Assembly: GCA_032718475.1 (NCBI GenBank)
Contig: JAUCBJ010007347.1
Coordinates: 1 to 58,093 of the forward strand
Length of the DNA stretch: 58,093 nucleotides
DNA from: Nemertoderma westbladi
Lineage: Eukaryota; Animalia; Xenacoelomorpha
Direction of reading: 5' to 3'
Under the pieces are notes generated by a model. The model made no database searches and was not told the DNA's origin. It saw only the letters and a program-made list of their open reading frames with translations. Position numbers and translations under genes: made by a program. Of this stretch, positions 31,401 to 41,919 are shown piece by piece. The number at the start of each line of letters is the position of its first letter. The first letter of the stretch is position 1.

Positions 31401-33778
31401 CACTTGATGAGGAATCTAAGTTTCTCTCCGTTAGATAGTACAGAGTTCTGTATGCTATCTTTGTAATATTCATTGAAAGGTAACCATTTCATCTCATCTC
31501 CATTGAATTTAACGATCTCTCCCACTTTGACCGCTTGGCGGGCTTCTGTTCTAGCCATCTGACGCGTAAAGCTTTCTTGGGCCATCGTGTTATTTAATAT
31601 CGAATTATCGGTATATAAATTTCTCGGATCATTATCAGGTCTATAGGGAATATCATTAACAACAGGTTTATAATCACCCTTAATAGGGTTTGCTATAGGA
31701 GTTTCTACTTCACTAGCAGTATAGATGCGTGTAGGCTCCACACCTTGCGCATGTAATACTTCAGACCTAACAGGTTGACACAATGTTACTGGGGGTATTG
31801 GTATACCCTTTTGTATATTGACTAATTTGTCACGTTCTAGCGCGATACTTTGCTGCACTTCTTGCAATTCTGCCCTACTTTCCCTTACTGTTCCCTTAAA
31901 TTGGTGGACAGTCTCCTGCATCTGTCCGAGCAGGAGATTCATCCCCCGCCGTCCCTCCTCTACCCACTCGACCGCCGAAGCGGGAGTCGCCAACATTGTA
32001 GCGGGCCGACGCGGGACGACGGGAGACAAATCTTTGATTTCTCTCTCAGCTTCCAGGACAGGAATATTCTCATGGACTGTTCTACCGGGTACAGGCAGTG
32101 TAGTACTGTGTAAAGGGAATTTAGAGTTAAGCTCTGGAAGTACAGGGGTCTCTAGTACAGGAATGGCTTTGGGAACGACAGGCCTAATTATTTCAGGCTC
32201 ATCAACTATTGTAGGGAGTCTTTTGACCTGAATAATTTGGTCTGTGGGTTCTGTACTACCTAAGTCTGTGCTAGCTAGTTGTCTTCTAACCGCTGGGGGC
32301 AAATCAGGCAATTTGTGACGGTGAGATGTTTTTCTACGCCTGCTTAGACGAGATCTATTTCCTCCGCCTTCAGGATCGGTGGTTTCGCTTTCCTCCGATG
32401 ATGTGTATCCCTGGCGTTTGGGAGTAGATCGTCTCATCATCTGCATTTGACTAGCAGTTAACTGTTTATTTATGTTGTCTTGCGTCTCTTGCAGATTTTC
32501 CAACTCCAGTTGGGTAGTCTGCTCAGACGCTCTCCGTTCTGCTTCTGCCACTGCCTTTGCCGCCTTTCTTTCCGCTTCTGCTTCTGCCATGGCCGCTGCC
32601 TTTTGGTCCTCTATCCGTCTTTTCTTTACTTGTTCTTCTTGGACTCTAGCGAGGCGGAGTTTTTCATCAAATTTAGCTTGGTTTGCAGCTAACATTTCCG
32701 CATCGATTGAGTCCAACACAAGCTTGGCTCCTTCACTATTGGGGCGAAGTCCAGCCAGTCATCTCCTCAACTCTTCATCACCCAAGAAGCGTTGATAGTC
32801 TGACAGATAGATGTCGATGGCGTCTCTCGTTCGCGGTCTCTCTGCTGTCCCTTCGCTTTCCTCTTGAGAAAGGGTGGCATCGGTTGGTTCTTCATAGGTT
32901 GGTCTCTCAGCCAGCTGGGATTTCCACTGGGCCGTTTCTTGTACTTTGAGACCTACCCGTTGGAACCAAGTCTTGACAGCAACCTGCAGCGACGTGTCCT
33001 GTCTTCTTTTGGAAGTTTCCTCAAAGGCTGATAGGATTAGTCTAATGCGTAGGGTTCTTTCGCGTACTTGATATAGCAGCTCTTCCTGCTCTTGAGGTCC
33101 TTGGGGTTGTCGAAACAGTTGTTCTTCTAATCGCTCTAAGGAGCCGAAGAATCCCTGCACATATCCTGCTGCCGACCTCTTCCAAACAGCTGGATCCATC
33201 GTATCTTTAGTCACTCCCATCCTGTGTATGTCTTCCTAAGTAGCTTCGGACAAATCTAACGGGAGTCCGGGTCTGGGAAAGTTCCATTGTGACTCGACAA
33301 TAGACATCAATTCTTCCCTGGCGTATCCCGCATAACTATCTTGGGTCGCTCGCTTACTTCTCGCCCAATTGACTTGGTGTTCCTCCACCGCAATGAATAT
33401 AGTTGTTAATACTGCGGCAGGAAGGGTGAGAAGGGGATCCGAGTAGGCTGTAGCCGCCATCTGTACTCCGCGTTCGGGGGTCAGCTCTACAGTATCCGAA
33501 CTACTGGAGCTATCGGGTCGCTGGGAACAAGTTTCTTGACTAGGATGTTGCTGCTGTTGGACAGCTGCTTCCTGGTTCCGTTTGACTTGGGCTCGAGTGC
33601 CGATGATAGACCTACGGTGTTGGATTAGCCTAGGGTCTGATACTACTACTGGAGGGATGACTTTTCTTTCAGTAGGAGGTGAGCTGAACCCCTTTCTTAA
33701 TCGCTCCACACTCCTATCTGTGTCACAGATGGTTGTATCGATTAGACTGTCTGACAGGTTTTGCTTAGTGTCAGACAT
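28400..33778 (-). pseudogene. BEL/Pao gag-protease-RT reading frame with four in-frame stops
   Basis: ORFs 33236-33778, 32759-33220, 31379-32719, 30314-31378 and 28400-30202 share one frame. Triple knuckle CALC..H..C/CYNC...GH....C/CAKC..KHH.LLH, protease LLDSGS, RT RVVFDGS, DIEGMFLQ, YMDD. Confidence 0.9.
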
Positions 33779-33885
33779 GTTTATCTATACAGTTGAATGC
33801 TTACTGCTATAGTTACAGTTAAAGCAAGTCTAGTAATTCAGTATGACCGTTGGCCTAGTACCGGTAATTAATTACAGTATATTAG

Positions 33886-34130
33886 AATACCGGTATACAC
33901 TTATAATATATATAAGTATTGTAAACTAGGTTTGTCACAGAATGCCGGTATATAATTTTAGCACAAATATATATAAATATATAATAGGCCTATCGTGAAT
34001 ACCGGTATACAGCCTACACTTATAGTATATAAGTATAATTCTGGACTAGAATTAATTACAGAATACCGGTATAATTTCAGCCTAAATTTATAGAAATAAA
34101 GATAATAGGCCTATCATGAATACCGGTATA
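33886..34130. repeat. Imperfect tandem duplication (about 120 bp) in the BEL 5' leader
   Basis: GAATACCGGTATA...ATAATAGGCCTATC block occurs twice. Confidence 0.65.
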
Positions 34131-35123
34131 TCAATTATTTAAATAATTGAATTTCTGAATTTTAAAGGTTACTTAGTTACTTTAACTTACTTTATTACCG
34201 TTATTTAAGCAGTAGTCCAACTGATATTGAGACCTAGTTGTTGTATGGCAGGCCTACTATTTATAAATCGTTTGAGTTGATTTATAATATATATATACCC
34301 GTTTAAAATGGGTTTTGTCAATATTTGAAATAAATGTTATTATTTCTGGGGGGAGTCACTACACAGAAGCTGTGCGCTCTCAGTGAAGTGCTACGTGTTG
34401 GACTCTAAAACAAATAATTCTAATTTACCTAAGTTACTTAATACTACAAATTACGTACGATACGGGTGAGATTAATTCTCTAACTAAACACAACAAAAAT
34501 ATTACGCACGAAATTTTAGGGTAATTTTACAGGAAATCTACAAACCAGCCTAACAAAGGGTTAGGATTCTGGTTATTACAACGGACAGGGTACTACGGTA
34601 TTTGAAAATAATAAGTAGTAGTAAATATGTTGCGCTGTCCAGATAGGAAAAATACCACCGTCTGACGACCTATAGCCGTATCGCTATAGGTACTACGTTA
34701 TGTATCACAGAGTGTTCCTACCTGGAAGTTAATTACCGCGGACTACCAGATCCAACATGCCTATTAACCACTTTACAACACAATACACTGCCTACACACT
34801 AATTACTTTCGGAAAGCACTGTACACTAAACCCTAAATTAGGTACAAGTACTTATTAAAAACAGATAACTAGCAGTTAAATATACTTGAACAGTTAAAAG
34901 AACCACGGCATCTGCTGGAGTGACTGGAGCACAAAATCACCAGTCTTTACCTACGCCAAGCAGCCCATGTAGTACCGGGGTTAATTTAACTATAACGGTA
35001 TGTGTAACAAGCACAATTACTGTAGGAATAAACTTGGGGACATGAATGTTGCGAATAATCGCATAAACTCTGAATAATAAATATTACGCTACCCGTACAG
35101 AATACTCAAACAAAATACAAACC

Positions 35124-35655
35124 AAACGCTGGCAGACTACCACCAAGCCTAAATAAACTACAGTATGTGCAGATTCCAAAATGGTTAGTTAGTATGCGTT
35201 CTAACACGGTGGTACGACTTATTCTTTAAGAGGGGATTGACCTTACAGCTCTGGCTGCCCCAACTTACTAACTGGCACTTTATCAGATAAACTCTACACA
35301 CGCAGCAATCTCTTCAGACCTAATAATAGCTAGACAACAATCCAGCCTACAAAATATCTGAGTAATAACTATTACGGTACCTGAACAGACCACACAAACA
35401 AACACAGGCTAAAACGCTGGCAGACTACTATCAAGCCTAAATAAACTACAGTATGTGCAGATTCCAAAATGGTTAGTTAGTATGCGTTCTAACACGGTAG
35501 TACGACTTATTCTTTAAGAGGGGATTGACCTTACAGCTCTGGCTGCCCCAACTTACTAACTGGCACTTTATCGGACAAACTCTACACACTCCGCAATCTC
35601 TCCAGACCCAACAACAGTCAGACAACAGTCCAGCCCACAATTATCTGAACAATCT
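35124..35655. repeat. Tandem duplication (period about 289 bp) in the BEL 5' leader
   Basis: AAACGCTGGCAGACTAC...GGCACTTTATC occurs at about 35124 and 35413. Confidence 0.85.
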
Positions 35656-35824
35656 GAGCAGACTTACATGTCTTCAGCTCAATATTAACTTACTAGGAAA
35701 TAAAACTGACAGAAATAGACCTAAGTAAAATCCCAATAAAAACCAGGCGTCCCCGATTTAATATCGAGACCTACCGGTATACAATAATCAAAATCGAATA
35801 ATACTAATGTACTTATACTGGAAG

Positions 35825-35988
35825 TACCGGTTAGGACAGTTGGGCCTACCGACCTACAGCAGTACCGGTTCAGGCAGTTAGGCCTACGGACCTACAGCAG
35901 TACCGATTCTGGCAGTTGGGCCTACGGACCTACAGCAGTACCGGTTCTGGCAGTTAGGCCTACGGACCTACAGCAGTACCGGTTCAGG
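35825..35988. repeat. 38-bp tandem repeat x4 in the BEL 5' leader
   Basis: TACCGGTTCWGGCAGTTRGGCCTACGGACCTACAGCAG units. Confidence 0.9.
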
Positions 35989-36050
35989 TTTACCGGTCGA
36001 CCGGTACTTTCAACTTTATTGCTTACTGCAATAAAGAAAATAACTGTTAT

Positions 36051-37230
36051 TGTACGCGCTTTTGAAGACCTTTAGCAGTTTAACCTGCCAAAATTTATAT
36101 GTCTTTTGGTTTATAAATAGACTTTATAAAATGACAAGTATTTAATACCAATAAACACAACATTAGCCGAAGCCAGCCTAGTGCGCGTCCATTCACCCGC
36201 TGGATATACCCGGGAGACTGGATTCGGAGGGCTTAGATTGTTATTGCAGTGTAAGCTTACTGTATTATTCGATTGATCGTTAATAAATAATTTCTGACCA
36301 ATATTATTCACTTTCGGGAAATATTAACAGTTACTTTAGGACGTGGCGCTCTATCTAGGTAAACAGAGATATGACTTATACTAAACACAACGGTAAGTCG
36401 GTAAGGCTTATGATTCACGTATGAGGCGCATTCTTTAGGAGATGCTTAGTTATCAGCCACAATCATGCACACTACCGGTAACGCACAATACTGCTCACTA
36501 ATCTGCCGACCGTCAATGAATTTTATCATACATAAAGAGAACAGCAATTGACTAATGTAGTGCTTATCAAATAGCATTAAATTCACTACAAACCACAATA
36601 ATATAAGTCGCAATCGCTATATGTAACCCGTCTCTCTAACCTGTAGTGTATCAAGAAAATTGGGAAATTTGGGTTCTTTATAGATGTTCTCCAAATAATA
36701 ATATTCAACCAACTGATACAAATAATGACAACAGTAAATAGCAGTATAATAATGTATGTTGCAGTGATATAAGACTGCTGCTGATTGCACTGATAACAGT
36801 TATACATTCTATAATCTAAGCCTACTAATGTTTCTTCTAAAGTCTGAAACGAATTGACTCTAGAGCCGGTGTTCTTGGCCTAGATAAAAACAACACAACA
36901 GTATCAAGAAAAAACAGTAAGACAGAACACGCCTAGCACGATCTGTAGAAAATCTCCACATCGACAGTAAAAATCGCCCTGATTGGCTGTTAAGCTAAAC
37001 AAAGAACCATGTGTCCAATGGCCGTTTCCATGCCAGCAACCAGCTGTTAGATGTCGTAATCTGAATCATCAAGGCTACACTGTGCTAGAGTATTTGACGC
37101 ATTGCGGGTTTTATGCCTTGCCATGTCCGCCAAAGCACATATATAGAAGAATGACTTTTATGTCCGTTAAAACACCTACAACGGTACTTTGCGGGCGAGG
37201 GGACTGATTATATCCGCAAAAGCTTTTACA
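36051..37230 (-). repeat. 5' LTR of the BEL element
   Basis: Matches 18795-19979 and is flanked by the TSD GGACA. Confidence 0.95.
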
Positions 37231-37505
37231 GGACATGCCCCATTTGCCCTATATGAACCGTATGCCAAGGCTCGCCGACTACGTGTCTCGCCCCACAGTA
37301 CAAGTGTACATAATTAATACAAACATTAAATGATTCATGTTATGAAATAGTTACCTTATTAATTTAAGCAGTTTTTAGAACCCGAATGTTTTGTAAACGA
37401 GTAGCTTCCATCAAGGTCATCTTAATATGATTGCCAAACACAATCAGAAGAAAATAACAGTGTGATGTGTGGGGAGGGGGGGGGGGGGTGGTTGTGCTGT
37501 ATCAA

Positions 37506-37538
<33 letters not shown>

Positions 37539-37694
37539 TGCAGGACACTATTTTTAGTTACTTGTTACCAATAATGTAAGAATAATATACAATATATAAA
37601 TATACGATAAATAATTATTAGATGATCGGCGAGCGTGAATTAGTGAGCGTCTTGTATTTAACCATCCAAGACATTCAGCTCCAGTATCTTCTAA

Positions 37695-39674
37695 TTAACC
37701 GACAGTGACCATTTCCATAGGATCTCCGAACTTATTGAAACGGAAATCAACTCCGCTAGCTTTTATCTTATCATTCCATTGACGGTTCAGGATACTCAAT
37801 TCAACTCCATTATCCGCACCCTCGAAGGCGATGTGACACTTCTTTAATTCTGGAATAATTTCTTGCTGGAACTTCAGCTCACAGATATCAGTTACAACTT
37901 CCGTTTTGAGAGACATGTCCGTAATTGTGATGCTCTCTAGCTTCTTACAATCTCTTACCATCGAAACGAAGTCAACACGTATTTCTTCATCCTGCCCGCA
38001 GGCCATTACCAACTCTTTCAGACATTGGTCCATGTGATCACCTAGATAGCGGAATAGTATAGATAAGCCGTCGACTGTTTCCATCCAAGCTGCAAATAAT
38101 TCGAACTTCGTCAGAGGAGGTCGTCCTTTTATCAAGCGAATCAGCGAATGAACGTCAACTGTCTCGAAGTCGAATAGCATATGAACCGAGAGCTCGGGGT
38201 TGGCTTTTCTCCACGGGCTGTTGTTATTATCAGCAATAGGTAGAACATTATCAGATCCAGTCAGGCAGAGGCGGAGTACCTGTAAAAGCTTCTGTGGGAT
38301 GTAACTGGCCCTTCGCCCCGCAACCCAGTTTTTCCCCCATACGCTAAAATACTCTGAAACCTACTGTAAAGGTTTTTCTGGGATATGACTGATTTGTTTT
38401 CTTTGCTAACCAGTTCCCCCCTCCAAGGCGTTGGAATCCTTTAGGAGGGATCTGAGCTGTTCGATTGGCCAGCCGGCTTGGGAAGGTTGCCCCAGTTACC
38501 CATAGCCCTGCGTTGAGTTAGTTCTGATTTCGACCAATCCCGAGCTACTGAACTGAAATTATCCTGTCTCACTGCTGATTACATGTGTTGAACGGGATTC
38601 TTGGAAAATAAGAGAGCTAAAGTCACGGGACTTTTTGTTATGATTTTAGACTTTATTATCAGAGTTTTAAGACCGTGTTGAGATAGCGAAATGTTTTCTG
38701 CCTTTTATAAGAACATTAGTAGGCTAAATTATAGAAAGCATAGCTATTATCAAACAAACGATTCATACCAATAATATTAGATGGGGACTTTTAGTCAGAA
38801 TTCTTTCTAATATATCTGGATTCAAGTAGTTATAATTGATATCCAGGTTCGTCAACGCCTTCAATGAAGTGAGCGGTCCCATAGCAGATGATATAGGCCT
38901 CGCAGTAGATGCGGCAGATGGATGAATTAATTCATCGATTTTGATCTTCCTAAGAGATCCGCGGTTGTGTCTCACCAAACTTTCTATTAATCGAACACCG
39001 TCAATTAAAGACTTTACTTGCAAATTTATTAGTGTCACGACTTCTAACTCTTTCTGTGATCGGAAGAATTCATTTAAATGCTGATAGAACAGCGATATTG
39101 TTGTGTCATAGATACCGAGGGAGGCCATCCCTTGAAAGCCCCCTAATTGACCGAATAGACTGAATTGTTTTAGCTGGGATACCTTAAGATGATCCACTGA
39201 TTGGCTGAGGTGCCATAACATCTGTTGTCTATTGCTTAGCCTCCCATTGCAACGGATTTCAACTTTTTCCATATGAACTCCGTATTGTCTAAATACTTCA
39301 ATCTCTTTCTTATCGTGATGCCGTTCTCCACTGATGGTAATATCTCTCGTTCTCCAAAGCCCCGCATCTTTCTGGGCCTCATTCCATTTGAGATAAGTTC
39401 CGCCGGCTGACAACCGATCGCATTCTGGTAAATGGCTGAACAATTTAAAAATAAGTTCGTGTGGGAGCGCTGCCCAATCACGGCATTGGGTTGATGTTGA
39501 CCCTTCGTTATCTGGTAGTTCTTTGGAGATCTCAATGACTTCATCTTCGCTATCACCACCGGGGATATAACGTTTATGTCCTAAGTCGTTGTCGCTCTCA
39601 CTATCTGATCCACACGGGAGATGTCGCTTCAATGAAGACTGTTTTCTGGAAGGGCCATGTTGATCTCCCATCAT
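37695..39674 (-). CDS. F-box/LRR-like protein, copy 1; predicted exons 39674-38769 and 38279-37695 (about 496 aa if spliced)
   Basis: F-box motif DWAALPHELIFKLFSHLPECDRL; paralogue of 41920-43428. Removing 38280-38768 (GT...AG) restores the frame exactly. If unspliced it is a truncated pseudogene. Confidence 0.7.
38281..38765 (+). mobile_element. Solo or truncated LTR related to the BEL LTR
   Basis: Absent from the paralogue, TG...CA ends, flanked by TACC repeats. Shares TGTAAAAGCTT..., AAATACTCT and ACATTAGTAGGCT..ATTATAGAA blocks with the BEL LTR. Confidence 0.8.
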
Positions 39675-41039
39675 GAGAATAACTTCCGGTACTTAAATAT
39701 GTTTAAATAAACTACTGGGATGGTAAGTTATGCTACTGTAGAAAGAGGTAATTGATTTTAAGTGAGATTCAGTTTTAATTGTTACTTTTAAATAATTGTT
39801 TATTAATTAGCTTCTAATTTCATGATACTAGTATATTATTTGTGAGCTAGTAATGATGAACGGACAAATTAGTTTCTAGAATAGACACTTGCGCAATTAC
39901 ATTGGAAACACAGTTCTATAGCAATAAATAACTGGTATTTATGTATATATCTACTGTAGGTATATTTTTAGTAAGGCATGTAGAACGTCTGATTTCTACA
40001 GGGCTATCATTATTATTTTCCGCTACAGTATGCAGTTTAGTAAAATCGGAACATTTGAATTCTTGCAGTCTAAGTTTCTAACTTTCTCCATAGCAGTACA
40101 GGCAAACGGTAGGCCTGGGAATAACACCGTTGATGAATGTGTTATATGTCCTCAATACACGTCATTATGCTATGTACAGTACCTCCCAGGCCCAGCAATC
40201 CTACAGATCACCTACACATACATTATTTTTCCAACGATATTGAACTTGACCCTCGATTTATATTCTCACATTTAGTCTGTTAAGTCAATATAATTGTTTG
40301 GTGATACGGTAGGATTTCTAATTTATTGGTCATTGTCTTAATTTAGTGGTGCAGTTTTATTAGGGTAGAGGTGGGGTTCGTGGCACACTGCTGATGAGGA
40401 GAACCACGAATCCCAGGGTTCAGTGTTTAAATCTCCGAAACCCTTTTATTTTTATAAAATTTATTACTTAGACTTACCTTTTCGGCGAACAAAATGTCCT
40501 ATATTTTTCGTAATTTATGGGATAGCCTATTTCGTGCAATACTTACCGGAACCTGTAGTTACTGTATGGTTTGGTGTAATTTTTCTTGTGGTAGTTGGGT
40601 TGGGTTATGTAGCACTAAAATCGATTTGGTATTTTGTTTTTTAATGGGCCTTAGTTCCTGAGTACTAACAGTGACCCAAGTGGCCCTAAATGCTAGGTAG
40701 TATCTGAGGGAATAAGACCCCATGTCCTATTTTATTGTTTTCATATCAATATAAAGGGGATCGACCAAGCAGCAATTCGCAATCCCTGCAAAATAAATTA
40801 GTTGAATTATACATCGTCGTGAGAAATTCTCAAAATGTCTATTAAAATATTGTCTTCTTAAATTGTTACTTTTTTGCTCGAATATCCGAAATCGGGAGAA
40901 AAAAATCCTTTTTACATATGGTAAAACAGGTAACCCAAAGGTTTGCATTGATAATACTGTTTTCCAAATAAAACTAGAAGGGGTTACAGTTACGTGTCTG
41001 GATAACTCAATGTTGAAAATACCCCCTTGGTCTATGCAG

Positions 41040-41295
41040 GGGACACGATGGGGCCGTTGGAAGGGGCAAGGGGTGCCCCCTACGTTGCTCAGTAACGCCC
41101 CCTTCCAGGGAGGGACTGTTGCTATAGACTGAAGGCGGTCTCCAGGAACGCATTCCATCCCACCGACTCCAAGTTCGTCTACCATCTAGAGGTCGCCGGT
41201 CCTATTCTTCCTTCCAACCTCCGTAACATCGTCCACTTAATCACCAACAGCGGTGCCAATAGCGACGCTATTCTAACTACCTTCGGCAATCATTT
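41040..41295 (+). pseudogene. DONSON-like fragment, frameshifted and truncated copy
   Basis: Duplicate of 44255-44508 with a 2-bp insertion near 41124. Confidence 0.5.
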
Positions 41296-41919
41296 GCTCA
41301 CTGCACTCCAGCACTGTTCCCTTGCCCTGCGAGTATTGAAACAACACCAAGTCGCACTAGAAGTTAATAGTAACGCTACTCCGCCTCTAACTTTAGTGGT
41401 ACATCCCAATTTGAGATGCCTTAGGATTAAAGAATCAACAAATTTTCTTATGAATTATTCAAGTAGGAAGGTCAAGCTCTCCATTATAAAGTTGATGCTA
41501 ATAATATAGACCGACTGTACAGTACAAGTGTACATAATTAATACAAACATTAAAAAAAAATGATTCATGCTATGAAATAGTTACCTTATTAATTTAAGCA
41601 GTTTTTAGAACCCGAATGTTTTGTAAACGAGTAGCTTCCATCAAGGTCATCTTAATATGATTGCCAAGCACAATCAGAAGAAAATAACAGTGTGATGTGT
41701 GGGGAGGGGGGGGGGGGGGGGGGGGGGTGGTTGTGCTGTATCAAATATATATCTAAATATATAAAATATTGCAGGACTCTATTTTTAGTTACTTGTTACC
41801 AATAATGTAAGAATATACAATATATAAACACGATTAATAATTATTAGCTAATCGGCGAGCGTGAATTAGTGAGCTTCTTGTTGTATTTAACCATCCAAGA
41901 CATTCAGCTCCAGTATCTT

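Larger units (their letters stand above)
18795..37230 (-). mobile_element. BEL/Pao LTR retrotransposon, 18.4 kb, with accessory ORFs
   Basis: About 1.18-kb TG...CA LTRs, roughly 99% identical by eye. 5-bp TSD GGACA (18790-18794 and 37231-37235). BEL-type gag-PR-RT-RH-IN order on the minus strand. Confidence 0.95.
18250..37297 (-). mobile_element. Related Helentron/DINE-like family 2 element (about 0.6 kb: 18250-18794 plus 37231-37297), split by the BEL insertion
   Basis: Same termini (CGTTCGTGGGG / CTCGCCCCACA), an approximately 53-bp subterminal inverted repeat (18272-18325 vs 37232-37285), and a (GACA)n microsatellite. Confidence 0.75.

Noticed and set aside
22587-33238. TGA reassigned as a sense codon in this organism
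   Set aside because: The 1503-, 1440-, 818- and 502-aa ORFs contain no in-frame TGA and read normally under the standard code.
40285-40754. TE insertion with a 9-bp TSD TCAATATAA in duplication unit 1
   Set aside because: No terminal repeats or poly-A tail. A microhomology-mediated deletion in unit 2 explains it equally well.
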